Source of the DNA: Fastidiosibacter lacustris
Lineage (GTDB): Bacteria; Pseudomonadota; Gammaproteobacteria; Francisellales; Francisellaceae
Assembly (NCBI RefSeq): GCF_003428155.1
Contig: NZ_QLIR01000016.1
Span: forward strand, 9,412 to 41,411
Direction: 5' to 3'
Length of the DNA: 32,000 bases
Below are positions 10,412 through 20,240 of the stretch, one piece after another (the stretch's first letter is position 1; each line of letters begins with the position of its first letter). A model generated the notes under the pieces. The model saw nothing but the letters and a program-made list of their open reading frames with translations. It searched no databases and was not told the DNA's origin. A program made the position numbers and the translations under genes.

Positions 10412-11041
10412 ATGCAAAAATTGGATAAAACGTTTTTTGATAAAGATGCCATTACATTGGCAAAGAGATTGTTGGGGAAAGTAATCTACCGTTATCATCA
10501 AGGTATATGGCTTAAAGCACAAATCATTGAAACTGAAAGCTATGAACTAGAAGATAAAGCAAGTCATGCCTGATTGGGTTATACAGAAAAGCGTAAAGCC
10601 TTGTTCATGCCGGCTGGTACGATCTATATGTACTATGCCAGAGGTGGAGATTCATTTAATATATCGGCAGCAGGTAAAGGTAATACCGTGTTAATAAAAT
10701 CGGCTGTGGCTTTTTTGGATGACAGAGAAGATACTTCGGTTATGTTGCAATGTATGCTTAAACTAAATCCATTAAGAGGTGGTAAACCACGTCAAACTAA
10801 GCGTTTATTATCTGGTCAAACCCTGTTGTGTAAGGCTTTGAACCTGAAAGTGTGCGACTGGGATCAACAACAATTCAATGATGTTTTTTATATCGTTGAC
10901 GTTGGTTACACACCTAATGAGATCATTCAAACTACGCGCTTAGGGATTCCCAAGCATCGAGATCCAGATTTACCCTATCGTTTTATTGACAAGGCTTATG
11001 CGCATTTGTCTACCAAAAATCCGTTGACGGTTAAAAAATAA
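10412..11041 (+). pseudogene. mpg: DNA-3-methyladenine glycosylase (Mpg/AAG family) interrupted by an in-frame TGA
   Basis: ATG 10412: MQKLDKTFFDKDAITLAKRLLGKVIYRYHQGIWLKAQIIETESYELEDKASHA*LGYTEKRKALFMPAGTIYMYYARGG... continues in frame to 11041. Stop TGA at 10571-10573. Confidence 0.85.
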
Positions 11042-11283
11042 ATGTATTCCATCTCAAAAACTCTTTTTACTCTTCGTCAATTGCTTTAAATTTGGATACG
11101 CTTAAAAGCCAGTTCGAAATAGGAAAATTATTATTGATTTGGAGACCATAAAAAAACTTTGCCAATTGCTGCTTAACCCCAAATCGATTATAAGGTATAC
11201 TTGCCCATGTTTTGCCCTTTGTGTGAATAAACGCGCAAAAATATTGTTAAACAAACCATAATAGTAAAAATAGTGAGAAAGAT

Positions 11284-12459
11284 ATGAATTTACATGAGTA
11301 TCAAGCAAAACAGCTTTTTGCTGAATATGGCTTACCCGTTTCTAAGGGTTATGCGGTAGAAAGTGTTGAAGAAGCGTTGGTTGCTGTTGATAAAATTGGT
11401 GGTGATACTTGGGTGGTTAAAGCACAGGTTCATGCTGGTGGTCGTGGTAAGGCAGGTGGTGTGAAGCTTGTTTCTAACAAAGAAGATGTTGCAAACTTTG
11501 TAAAACGCATGATGAGAACTCGCCTTGTTACTTTTCAAACTGATGAAAAAGGTCAACCCGTCAGCAAGGTTCTTATCGAAAGTTGCACCGATATCGCCAA
11601 AGAATTATATCTAAGTGCCGTGGTTGATCGTGGTACACGTCGCATTATTTTTATGGCTTCAACTGAAGGCGGCGTTGAGATTGAAGAAGTTGCTGCTCAC
11701 GCACCTCATAAAATTTTCAAAGAGATCGTCGATCCGCTTGTCGGTGCACAACCATATCAAGGTCGCAAGCTTGCATTTAAGCTTGGTCTTGACGGCAATC
11801 AAATCAAGCAGTTTGTTAAGATTTTTTTAGGTCTTGCCAAGATGTTCCAAGAAAGAGATTTAGAGCTTTTAGAAATTAACCCACTTGTTATTACAAATGA
11901 AGCTAACCTTCATTGTTTAGATGCAAAAGTATCGGTTGATAACAATGCCTTATATCGCCAACCGCAATTAGCGGAATGGCGCGATCTGTCTCAAGAAGAT
12001 GAGCGTGAAGCGCGTGCAGCTGCATGGGAGCTTAACTATGTGGCACTAGATGGTGACATCGGTTGCATGGTTAATGGTGCGGGCTTGGCGATGGCAACAA
12101 TGGATATTGTTAAACTTCATGGTGGACGTCCTGCTAACTTCTTAGATGTTGGCGGGGGTGCAACCAAAGAACGTGTAGCTGAGGCATTTAAAATCATCCT
12201 GTCTGATTCAGCAGTTAAAGGTGTTTTTGTTAATATTTTCGGTGGGATTGTTCGTTGTGACATGATCGCAGAAGGCATTATAGCTGCTGTTGAAGAAGTA
12301 GGGGTAAAAGTACCTGTGGTTGTCCGTTTGGCAGGAACAAACGCACAGCTAGGTGCAAAAAAATTAAAAGAAAGTGGCTTGAATATCATTGCAGCTACAG
12401 GTTTTACAGATGGTGCGAAGAAAATCATCGAAGCAGTTAAAGAGGTAACTCACGTATGA
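11284..12459 (+). CDS. sucC: Succinate--CoA ligase (ADP-forming) beta subunit
   Basis: [25 protein letters not shown] ... [18 protein letters not shown] ... [16 protein letters not shown]; ATP-grasp. Confidence 0.97.
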   Translation: MNLHEYQAKQLFAEYGLPVSKGYAVESVEEALVAVDKIGGDTWVVKAQVHAGGRGKAGGVKLVSNKEDVANFVKRMMRTRLVTFQTDEKGQPVSKVLIESCTDIAKELYLSAVVDRGTRRIIFMASTEGGVEIEEVAAHAPHKIFKEIVDPLVGAQPYQGRKLAFKLGLDGNQIKQFVKIFLGLAKMFQERDLELLEINPLVITNEANLHCLDAKVSVDNNALYRQPQLAEWRDLSQEDEREARAAAWELNYVALDGDIGCMVNGAGLAMATMDIVKLHGGRPANFLDVGGGATKERVAEAFKIILSDSAVKGVFVNIFGGIVRCDMIAEGIIAAVEEVGVKVPVVVRLAGTNAQLGAKKLKESGLNIIAATGFTDGAKKIIEAVKEVTHV

Positions 12460-13343
12460 GCGTATTAGTTAATAAAAACACAAAAGTTATTTGCCAAGGC
12501 TTCACAGGTAAGCAAGGTACTTTCCATTCTGATCAAGCAATTGCTTATGGGACAAAAATGGTGGGCGGTGTAACTCCAGGTAAAGGTGGAACAATCCATC
12601 TAGGTTTGCCAGTATTTAACACCGTACAAGAAGCTGTTGACGTAGTGCAACCAGATGCAACTGTTATTTATGTGCCAGCGCCTTTCTGTAAGGATTCTAT
12701 CATAGAAGCTGCAGATGCAGGCATTAAACTTATCGTTTGTATTACAGAAGGCATTCCAGTTATGGATATGCTTAAAACAAAAGTCTACCTAGAACGCTCA
12801 GGGTCACGTTTAATCGGTCCAAATTGTCCTGGTGTGATCACACCAGGTGAATGTAAAATTGGTATTATGCCAGGCAATATTCATAAGCCAGGTAAAGTGG
12901 GGATTGTTTCTCGCTCCGGCACATTGACTTATGAAGCCGTAAATCAAACTACCGCGCTTGGTTTTGGTCAGTCAACTTGTATCGGAATAGGTGGTGACCC
13001 TATCCCTGGTACAAACTTTATTGATGCGCTAGCAATGTTCCAAAACGATCCACAAACTGAAGCAATTATCATGGTTGGTGAAATCGGTGGTTCAGCAGAA
13101 GAAGAAGCAGCTGAATATATCAAGCACCATGTTACCAAGCCTGTGGTATCTTATATTGCAGGTGTTACTGCTCCTGCTGGTAAACGTATGGGGCATGCTG
13201 GTGCGATTATCTCTGGTGGTAAAGGTACAGCCGCTGAGAAATTTGCTGCATTAGAGGCAGCAGGTGTTGCAGTGAGTAAATCGCCAGCTGAAATGGGTAA
13301 AATTCTGCAACAAGTAACTGGCTGGACAGTTGAAACGGTTTAA
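12456..13343 (+). CDS. sucD: Succinate--CoA ligase alpha subunit
   Basis: [38 protein letters not shown] ... [20 protein letters not shown]; 4 nt overlap with sucC. Confidence 0.97.
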   Translation: MSVLVNKNTKVICQGFTGKQGTFHSDQAIAYGTKMVGGVTPGKGGTIHLGLPVFNTVQEAVDVVQPDATVIYVPAPFCKDSIIEAADAGIKLIVCITEGIPVMDMLKTKVYLERSGSRLIGPNCPGVITPGECKIGIMPGNIHKPGKVGIVSRSGTLTYEAVNQTTALGFGQSTCIGIGGDPIPGTNFIDALAMFQNDPQTEAIIMVGEIGGSAEEEAAEYIKHHVTKPVVSYIAGVTAPAGKRMGHAGAIISGGKGTAAEKFAALEAAGVAVSKSPAEMGKILQQVTGWTVETV

Positions 13344-13366
13344 ATATTTAGTTGAAGGAAGTCTCG

Positions 13367-13402
13367 AAAAGTCTTGCTGTCAAACAACAGCAAGACTTTT
13401 TT
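13367..13402 (+). terminator. Rho-independent terminator of sucCD
   Basis: AAAGTCTTGCTGT (13368-13380), 6 nt loop CAAACA, ACAGCAAGACTTT (13387-13399), then TTT. Confidence 0.9.
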
Positions 13403-13478
13403 ATTTGAGCCCTAAATACTCTAAGCAACTTTGCAACAAACTTTAAAAGAATCCACCTAAAAGATAGGGGGAATAAAA

Positions 13479-13751
13479 ATGGAAAAAATTCGAATTTTTG
13501 CTGTTTATTTTGTTTATTACACCGTAATTGGAGCGTTAAGTGCATGGATTCCGCTTACTTGGTTTGGTCTATACTTTGGATTACCTTCTATTTTGATTGC
13601 GGCAATTGTTTTATCAGTTTTACGAATATTTGAACTAGGTTCAACGTGTGCATCATTACGATTGGTTTTTTCAGTTAACAGGTTTTCGATTGCGGTATTA
13701 GTGTTATTCGTTGTTGATTGCTTATATACGATTTGGGTTATTTATATATGA
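13479..13751 (+). CDS. Small membrane protein, function unknown
   Basis: 90 aa with three hydrophobic stretches; GGGGGAAT ribosome-binding-like site before ATG; own intergenic space after the sucCD terminator. Confidence 0.6.
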   Translation: MEKIRIFAVYFVYYTVIGALSAWIPLTWFGLYFGLPSILIAAIVLSVLRIFELGSTCASLRLVFSVNRFSIAVLVLFVVDCLYTIWVIYI

Positions 13752-13813
13752 TTTGGGTTCTTTACAACACCTTTAGTTATTTATGAATTTTTATAACAAA
13801 CTGGTAAAAACCG

Positions 13814-14164
13814 TTAGTTACTCACATAAATAGTTCCAGGAGGGGAATAATCACCACTGACGCTAATCAATTTATTGTCTTTAAAAGTCAAAATAAGTTG
13901 TTTGTCATTGCGTGGTGCATCATACGATTGTTGGTAACTATAAATATAATTCCATTGATTTTGGTCAAATGGATCAATAATATCAGGTGAGCCCAAGATG
14001 TATTTGATCTGTTCGGGTGTCATACCTGGCTTGATCTGCTGCATTACATTTTGTGGCAAGATCTTTCCTTGTTGTATTGGTGGGGTATAAGGACTGAAAA
14101 TACTACACCCCGAAAACGCCAAGACGCTTAGTAAACAAACTGAAATAAGTAATCTATTTTGCAT
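13814..14164 (-). CDS. bamE: Outer membrane protein assembly factor BamE (SmpA)
   Basis: Lipobox FSGCS; GKILPQNVMQQIKPGMTPEQIKYILGSPDIIDPFDQNQWNYIYSY typical of BamE. Confidence 0.92.
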   Translation of the reverse strand: MQNRLLISVCLLSVLAFSGCSIFSPYTPPIQQGKILPQNVMQQIKPGMTPEQIKYILGSPDIIDPFDQNQWNYIYSYQQSYDAPRNDKQLILTFKDNKLISVSGDYSPPGTIYVSN

Positions 14165-14190
14165 CGTTTAATCTATCTATTTATGTTTTT

Positions 14191-14778
14191 TTATACTCCA
14201 AAAAGTCCGCGATCAAGGGTATCACATAGGCAGTTAATAACGATTAGCTGTCCTTCGTGAATACAAGTCGTCTTATCGGAGGGGATGCGAATTTCAACAT
14301 CACTGGGCTGATACATGTGGCGTAGTTTACCACCATCTTTGCCGGTTAAGCTAATGATATGCATATTTTTTTCATGTGCAATCTTAATTGCTTCAATAAT
14401 GTTTTCCGCGTTGCCACTCGTAGTAATACATAGCAAAACGTCTTCAGCCTGCCCTAGTGCACTGATTTGCTGAGCAAAAATCGACTTGTAAGCTTGATCA
14501 TTGGCAATGGCACTTAAAACTGTGCTATTAGACGCAAGTGAAATTGCAGGCAGTGCAGGGCGCTCCATCAAAAAACGGTGGATCAGCTGAGTGCTAAAGT
14601 AGTTAGCTAAAGCCGCTGTGCCACCATTGCCACAGGTAAGGACTTTTTTTCCATTTACAATGGTTGAAACCAGCATTTGACCTGCATGTGCAATAGCGTC
14701 AGCTAGACTATCGGCAATTAGGATGCTGGTTTGAATTGAATGACTAAAATGATCTTTGACACGTTCAGATAAATCCAT
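14191..14778 (-). CDS. diaA: SIS-domain protein, DiaA / GmhA (sedoheptulose-7-phosphate isomerase-like) family
   Basis: VLTCGNGGTAALANYFSTQLIHRFLMERPALPAISLASNSTVLSAIANDQAYKSIFAQQISALGQAEDVLLCITTSGNAENII...DVEIRIPS; closer to DiaA than GmhA by inspection. Confidence 0.8.
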   Translation of the reverse strand: MDLSERVKDHFSHSIQTSILIADSLADAIAHAGQMLVSTIVNGKKVLTCGNGGTAALANYFSTQLIHRFLMERPALPAISLASNSTVLSAIANDQAYKSIFAQQISALGQAEDVLLCITTSGNAENIIEAIKIAHEKNMHIISLTGKDGGKLRHMYQPSDVEIRIPSDKTTCIHEGQLIVINCLCDTLDRGLFGV

Positions 14779-14898
14779 GCTAAATTCCTGCTATCTAAGG
14801 ATTGCTATAAACTATAGATTTGATTAATCTGCCACAATAAAATTTTTAGGTCAAATGGCTTTGCAGGAATTATTGATATGAGAAATAGAGGTGCAATT

Positions 14899-15633
14899 AT
14901 GAATACACTTAATGTTGCATGGAATTTGTACCGCTCTACATTGAAAGTATGCTTCATATTTGCGCTTGTCAGTGCGGTTATTGCTGAATATTTTAAGCTT
15001 TATGCACTAAACGCTGGCGTTGGAGAAATTATCCATGCTTATATGCAAAGTGGGCAAATCCCAGCCACACTACCTGATGCCGAAGTATTAGCACTGTTGG
15101 GTTTAAGTTCGATGTTTATCACAATGTGTGTTTATGGATTGTTGATTTGTATTGGAGGAGAGTATTTTAAAGAAGGTGTCATAAAACCTGAGCTTATGAA
15201 AAATGCCTTTGCAATATTTAGAAAGCGTTTCGGTTTGTTTTTGCTTGTTTGCATTTTAAATGGATTTCTGTGGTTTTTAGCTAGCTTTTTAAGCATATTT
15301 GGATTTTGGTTGGTAACGAGCTTCACGCTTATATTATTACCCACTGTTTTACTCGGTAATGTCGGTGTGTGGATGAGCTTTCGTGAAAATTTTCGCTTGC
15401 TAGGTAGCAACGTATTATATGCGCTGCAATTGGGATTTATTATAGTTGCCATATTGCTAATTAAATACGTAGTTTATGCGCTATTTGCTGCAATTGGCGA
15501 TGGCGTTAGTTTTGGTATTAATCATGTCGTAATTATCTTTATTGATGCTTTTAGCTTAGCGTTCATCGTCATGGTGATGGTGGCAGCATTTTATGAGTTA
15601 AATGCGAAAGATGATTTGCCAATAGAAAATTAA
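14899..15633 (+). CDS. Polytopic inner membrane protein, function unknown
   Basis: MNTLNVAWNLYRSTLKVCFIFALVSAV... with several TM helices; ATG 14899 preferred over the track start 14878. Confidence 0.7.
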   Translation: MNTLNVAWNLYRSTLKVCFIFALVSAVIAEYFKLYALNAGVGEIIHAYMQSGQIPATLPDAEVLALLGLSSMFITMCVYGLLICIGGEYFKEGVIKPELMKNAFAIFRKRFGLFLLVCILNGFLWFLASFLSIFGFWLVTSFTLILLPTVLLGNVGVWMSFRENFRLLGSNVLYALQLGFIIVAILLIKYVVYALFAAIGDGVSFGINHVVIIFIDAFSLAFIVMVMVAAFYELNAKDDLPIEN

Positions 15634-16214
15634 GGGTAAATCGTCCGCATATCCGTGACCATCATATTGGCTTTAACGGCATTAATTAATCCTGGTTTAC
15701 CATCCTCAAAAACATGACACTTATCACATTCAACACCAAGCCTGTCAGCTATTAAAGTAAAGGCTTCAGGGTATTCTTTGGTAGGGTGGTCATCATCTGC
15801 GGTAATAATGAACTCGAATAAATTTTTTATGTTTAGTGTATCAAGCGTTTTAAGAACGTTTTGACATGATCCTCCTGAAATGACAACCATTGGTAGTTTA
15901 CCGTGGTACCTTTTTATAAGATCAACTATTGGAGTGATTGGAATGACTTTGTTGATACTTTGTTCAGCAAGGCTCTCTTTTTCATGCGCAAGTTTATGTA
16001 GATCAAAACGTGTTTGATCTATGTGTGAGGTGAGCTTTTTTAAGATTTGTAACGTCGGAATGCCATTATAGTGGGTAAGCTCATCCGTACTTAAATTAAA
16101 TTGGTGCCGTTTGGCAATAGTATGCCATGCTTCGTTATGAATAATCATGCTATCGGCAATGGTGCCATCGCAGTCAAAAATAAGTGCTTGAGTTTTGGGA
16201 TGGATGTAGATCAT
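15630..16214 (-). CDS. HAD-superfamily phosphatase (beta-phosphoglucomutase / YqaB-like)
   Basis: FDCDGTIADSMIIHNEAWH; MVVISGG; VFEDGKPGLINAVKA. Start at 16214 (MIYIHPKTQAL) preferred over the extended 16271. Confidence 0.85.
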   Translation of the reverse strand: MIYIHPKTQALIFDCDGTIADSMIIHNEAWHTIAKRHQFNLSTDELTHYNGIPTLQILKKLTSHIDQTRFDLHKLAHEKESLAEQSINKVIPITPIVDLIKRYHGKLPMVVISGGSCQNVLKTLDTLNIKNLFEFIITADDDHPTKEYPEAFTLIADRLGVECDKCHVFEDGKPGLINAVKANMMVTDMRTIYP

Positions 16215-16405
16215 GGTATTTCTCACAGATTTTGATAAATTTTGCTGTACCATTATTGACATAATTATCAAGCTTTAGCAAACTTTTGCGCACTGAATTT
16301 GATTCAATAACTTTATTTGCCATGACCTGTATATAAGCCTTGAGCTTACTTATAGGCTGAAATAAAGCTTAACTATACATGGCATACGAAAACAAGGAGA
16401 AAGAA

Positions 16406-17011
16406 ATGAGTGTTTTAGTAGGGCGCAAAGCGCCAGAATTTACAGCAGCAGCCGTATTGGCTTCAGGTGAAATCGTCAATGCTCTTGAGTTTAGTAAGGC
16501 GCGTAATGACAAATATGCCGCCGTTGTATTTTACCCATTGGATTTCACATTTGTTTGTCCATCTGAGCTTATTGCTTTAGATAAACGTGTTGATGAGCTT
16601 AAAAAATTAGGTGTGGAAGTATTTGCAGTGTCGATTGATTCTCAATTTACTCACAACGCTTGGCGCAATACCCCAATCAACCAAGGTGGTATTGGTGCGG
16701 TTAACTATACAATGGTTGCTGATGTTGATCATAGCATTGTTAAAGCCTATGGTGTTGAGCATCCCGAAGCTGCTGTTGCTTTCCGTGGTACTTTTTTAAT
16801 TGACAAAGAAGGTGTAGTTAGACATCAAGTAGTGAATGACCTTCCACTTGGTCGCAATATGGATGAATTAATACGTATGGTCAAAGCACTCCAATTCTAC
16901 GAAAAGCATGGTGAAGTTTGCCCTGCTGGTTGGAAGGAAGGTGATAAAGGGATGAGTGCATCACCTGAGGGCGTTGCCAGTTATTTGGCAGAAAATGCAG
17001 AATCTTTGTAA
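16406..17011 (+). CDS. Typical 2-Cys peroxiredoxin (AhpC/Prx1 type)
   Basis: VVFYPLDFTFVCPSELIALDKRVDELKKLGVEVFAVSIDS ... KHGEVCPAGWKEGDKGM; both Cys motifs present; AAGGAG ribosome-binding site before ATG 16406. Confidence 0.92.
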   Translation: MSVLVGRKAPEFTAAAVLASGEIVNALEFSKARNDKYAAVVFYPLDFTFVCPSELIALDKRVDELKKLGVEVFAVSIDSQFTHNAWRNTPINQGGIGAVNYTMVADVDHSIVKAYGVEHPEAAVAFRGTFLIDKEGVVRHQVVNDLPLGRNMDELIRMVKALQFYEKHGEVCPAGWKEGDKGMSASPEGVASYLAENAESL

Positions 17012-17160
17012 TTTTTATTAAAAAATGATATGAATTGCTTGAAAATTTAAAATAAAGTGTTACCTTTGTCGGGGTGTAGTTTTTAAGACGGTTAGAATAC
17101 CGCGAGAAAAGGAATAAAAATTTAATAAAAATAAGTTTTAAAACAGTTGAGGAGAAACTA

Positions 17161-18438
17161 ATGAAACTTAAGATGATCGTAGCAGCGGTTGCTGCAACTG
17201 CAAGCGCTTCAGCTTTTGCAGCTGGTTCAATGAATGATCAAGTACAAAACGGTGGCGGTATCGTTAACGTTCGTACAGATGCGCAATATGCGCAACAAAT
17301 GCTAAACAACCAGCAGGTAACTGGTTCTGTATTGAATATTTTGAATGCACGTCAATCAGGTGATCTAGCCTCTAACGCTATCTATATTGGTGGAAAAGGT
17401 GAGATTTACGCGCAATATCAGAATACTTCAAGTGCCCCTAATTCAAACAATAACAGTAAAACTGAAATTAAAATGCCTTATGCTGATTTAGCATTTACAT
17501 CAACTATTGGTGATTGGGTAAGTGGTTTTGCTGATATTCAAGTTAATAATGCTGCTAGTAGTAGTGTAATATTGCCAAGTGCTTATTTTATTTTTGGTAA
17601 CTTGTCTAAGTCTCCATTCTACGCATTTGGTGGTAAAAAAGTAGTTGAATTTGGTAAATTTGATTCAGTCACTAACTTTATGCCAACCTTAACCCGTGCT
17701 TACTTTATAGCTTATGGTGGTCAAGTCGGTGCTGGTTTTACTATGAATGGTTTAGACGTTGTTGCTACTTTAATGAATGGTAAAGGCACTGCAATGATGA
17801 ACTCTCAAGCATCAAGTGCACAACAAATTAATGATTTTGCAATTAATGCTTCATATAACGGTAAAGCAGGTAACTTAGGCTACTATGCAGGTGCGGGTTA
17901 TATTAATGCAACAGGTTTCTCTGGTAATCCAACTGGTGCAAATAACAAAATGGTGGGTGCATTAGATTTTAACGCTGGTTTCAACATCCAAGGTCTTGCA
18001 GTTAATGGTGAGTTTTTAGTAACAACTTCTGGCGTTCATGGTATGAATAAGACTGCATTTGGTTCTAATACCATTCCTGGCGTTGCATCTCATCCTGATA
18101 CAGCAGGGGCAACAGCGTTTGCTATTAATGCACTTCCAACGTTAATTACTTTTGGCGGTACAACAGCGGGTGCATCTAATTGTACGGTTAAAGCGTGGAG
18201 CTTAGACTCTTCTTACACGATACCTGTTGCTGGTAAAGACATGGTGCCTTATGTATCTTATAGTCAAGTAGCACAAAACTCTGACAATAACTTATATCAA
18301 TTAGAACTTGGTACGCGTTATAACATTGTCGACACTGTTTGGCTTGGTGGTTCTTATAACTATATGTCTGGTAAATCAACAGGTACCAAAGTGGGTAGCT
18401 TCAACACAATTATGTTGGATGCAACTGTTTACTTCTAA
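17161..18438 (+). CDS. Outer membrane porin-like beta-barrel, possibly LbtU-like
   Basis: Signal peptide MKLKMIVAAVAATASASAFA, alternating Gly/aromatic beta-strands, C-terminal ...FNTIMLDATVYF ending in Phe; strong GAGGAG ribosome-binding site. Confidence 0.75.
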   Translation: MKLKMIVAAVAATASASAFAAGSMNDQVQNGGGIVNVRTDAQYAQQMLNNQQVTGSVLNILNARQSGDLASNAIYIGGKGEIYAQYQNTSSAPNSNNNSKTEIKMPYADLAFTSTIGDWVSGFADIQVNNAASSSVILPSAYFIFGNLSKSPFYAFGGKKVVEFGKFDSVTNFMPTLTRAYFIAYGGQVGAGFTMNGLDVVATLMNGKGTAMMNSQASSAQQINDFAINASYNGKAGNLGYYAGAGYINATGFSGNPTGANNKMVGALDFNAGFNIQGLAVNGEFLVTTSGVHGMNKTAFGSNTIPGVASHPDTAGATAFAINALPTLITFGGTTAGASNCTVKAWSLDSSYTIPVAGKDMVPYVSYSQVAQNSDNNLYQLELGTRYNIVDTVWLGGSYNYMSGKSTGTKVGSFNTIMLDATVYF

Positions 18439-18464
18439 TCTGACTGATTAGTTTAGATATATTA

Positions 18465-18489
18465 AAAGGTCGCTGATGCGGCCTTTTTT
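18465..18489 (+). terminator. Rho-independent terminator of the porin gene
   Basis: AAAGGTCGC - TGAT - GCGGCCTTT (one G-T wobble) followed by TTT. Confidence 0.85.
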
Positions 18490-18581
18490 ATTTTGTAGTT
18501 TAAGCAAAAAGTGATTTTACAAAAATACCTTGTTAGTATGGCACAACCTTGATCACACTTTCTTTGGTTGAAGGAAATGAT

Positions 18582-19496
18582 ATGACTGAAAAGTCACATT
18601 TTTACGCTCCTAAATATTGGGGCTTACAATTATTTTTCTTATTCGCGCGGTTGTTTGTGCGATTACCCTATCGCTGGCAAATGCGTTTTGGTGTGCGCCT
18701 TGGGCGAATGATATATCCCTTTTTAAGGCGACGTAAACATATTACGATGATTAACCTTAAAATTGCATTTCCAAATAAAAGTACACATGAACTTACTGTA
18801 TTGTGTAAAAAATGCTTTGATTCGATTGCGGTTTCTGGGATTGAAACGATGATTGCCTGGTTTATGCCTAAGCATCAATTTCAAAAGATCAAAATTGATA
18901 CACATGGTATGGAACATTTTGAAAACGTGCATAATGATCCTAGAAAAGGGGCATTGATGCTGGGCTCACATTTTACTTGTATGGAAATCATTGGGCGATA
19001 CATTGGGGAAAACTACTCTCCTTTTTATTTGGTATACCAAAAGCATAAAAATACACTTTTTGAGCATACGATGACAACAGCGCGTGAGAAGTATGTAACA
19101 CAATGTTTACAGCGCAAAAATGTTGTCTCAATCGTTAAGATGCTTAAGCGCAATGCTTCGGTGTGGTATGCCCCAGATCAAGATTTTGGCGCTGAGCGTA
19201 GTATATTTGTGCCATTTTTTAGCAAGACTTGTTCGACTTTAGTTGCAACCTCGTGGCTTGCAGAAAAAACATCTGCTAAGGTTATCCCCTGTTATTATAC
19301 ACGTAAAGTAGATTTCTCAGGTTATGACATTTATGTATTGCCTGTGCTTGAAAATTTCCCTTCAGGTGACGATTATCAAGATGCGCTTCGTTATCACCAG
19401 ATCTTAGAAAAAGCAATTTGTGAGTTTCCAGACCAATATCTATGGCAACATAGGCGTTATAAGTCGCGCCCGCCAGGTGAAGAAGGAGTATATTGA
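18582..19496 (+). CDS. Lipid A lauroyl/myristoyl acyltransferase (LpxL/HtrB family)
   Basis: MLGSHFTCMEIIGRYIG (HX4D/E-type motif), WYAPDQDFGAERSIFVPFFSKTCSTLVATSWLA, QYLWQHRRYKSRPPGE; ATG 18582 preferred over 18549. Confidence 0.9.
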   Translation: MTEKSHFYAPKYWGLQLFFLFARLFVRLPYRWQMRFGVRLGRMIYPFLRRRKHITMINLKIAFPNKSTHELTVLCKKCFDSIAVSGIETMIAWFMPKHQFQKIKIDTHGMEHFENVHNDPRKGALMLGSHFTCMEIIGRYIGENYSPFYLVYQKHKNTLFEHTMTTAREKYVTQCLQRKNVVSIVKMLKRNASVWYAPDQDFGAERSIFVPFFSKTCSTLVATSWLAEKTSAKVIPCYYTRKVDFSGYDIYVLPVLENFPSGDDYQDALRYHQILEKAICEFPDQYLWQHRRYKSRPPGEEGVY

Positions 19497-20095
19497 TGAC
19501 TACATGGCGCCAATTACGCTTGATTTTACTTATGGTTTGTATCTTATCATTAACTGCTTGTACCCTATTTAAAACACGTGCAATTAACACACCTAGAGTA
19601 GAAGTGTTTAAAAACCAATGGATTACGCTACCAACGCCACAGATGCTGGATTTAGATTTCACTGCAACTCAAATTCTAAGTGCAACGTACAGCATTAAAG
19701 GCAAAGCAGAATCCTATATAACAGAAGTGCAAGTTGAAGTAGCACGCAATAAAATCGTTTTGGTTGCAGCAGCTGGTTGGGGAGGGTCGATATTTTCATT
19801 GTTATATGATGGTAAAACCATTGAAAGTAGTAGCTTACCGATGCCACATGCCGATATGGGAGTTAAGCAAAGTCTAATTGATTTTATTTTTACTTATGCT
19901 CCAACAAATGTATTAAAAACCATGCTTGCTGATAGCCACATAACTCTTGAGGTTGAACCCAACAGACGCTTATTCTATATTGGTACTCAGCTGGTCATGA
20001 AGATTGATTATCAAAATCAACAAGATTTATATTCAGTTGTGCACCTCTATAACTATCAATATCATTATCAAATTAAGATTAAGACGTTATTATAG
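19493..20095 (+). CDS. Putative lipoprotein, possibly DUF3261-like
   Basis: Lipobox LSLTACTLF; 4 nt overlap with the upstream lpxL-type gene; general resemblance to DUF3261 proteins. Confidence 0.65.
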   Translation: MMTTWRQLRLILLMVCILSLTACTLFKTRAINTPRVEVFKNQWITLPTPQMLDLDFTATQILSATYSIKGKAESYITEVQVEVARNKIVLVAAAGWGGSIFSLLYDGKTIESSSLPMPHADMGVKQSLIDFIFTYAPTNVLKTMLADSHITLEVEPNRRLFYIGTQLVMKIDYQNQQDLYSVVHLYNYQYHYQIKIKTLL

Positions 20096-20240
20096 ATGAA
20101 TGATTCCTTTGTTACATGCTTTGAAACTCAAGAGGGTATTTTTTGAATTTATTAGACATGAAATCTATGGATATATGGAGCATATAGAGTTATTTTAATT
20201 AACTTGTTGTTCAAATAGCTTTTGAGAAAGGAGAATCCAA

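Noticed and set aside
12117-12428. 103 aa minus-strand ORF inside sucC
   Set aside because: Antisense to a highly conserved sucC region and proline/alanine-rich low-information translation; shadow ORF.
16272-16405. Possible OxyR-like ATAG...CTAT operator upstream of the peroxiredoxin
   Set aside because: Only one ATAG/CTAT pair with wrong internal spacing; cannot be distinguished from chance in AT-rich DNA.
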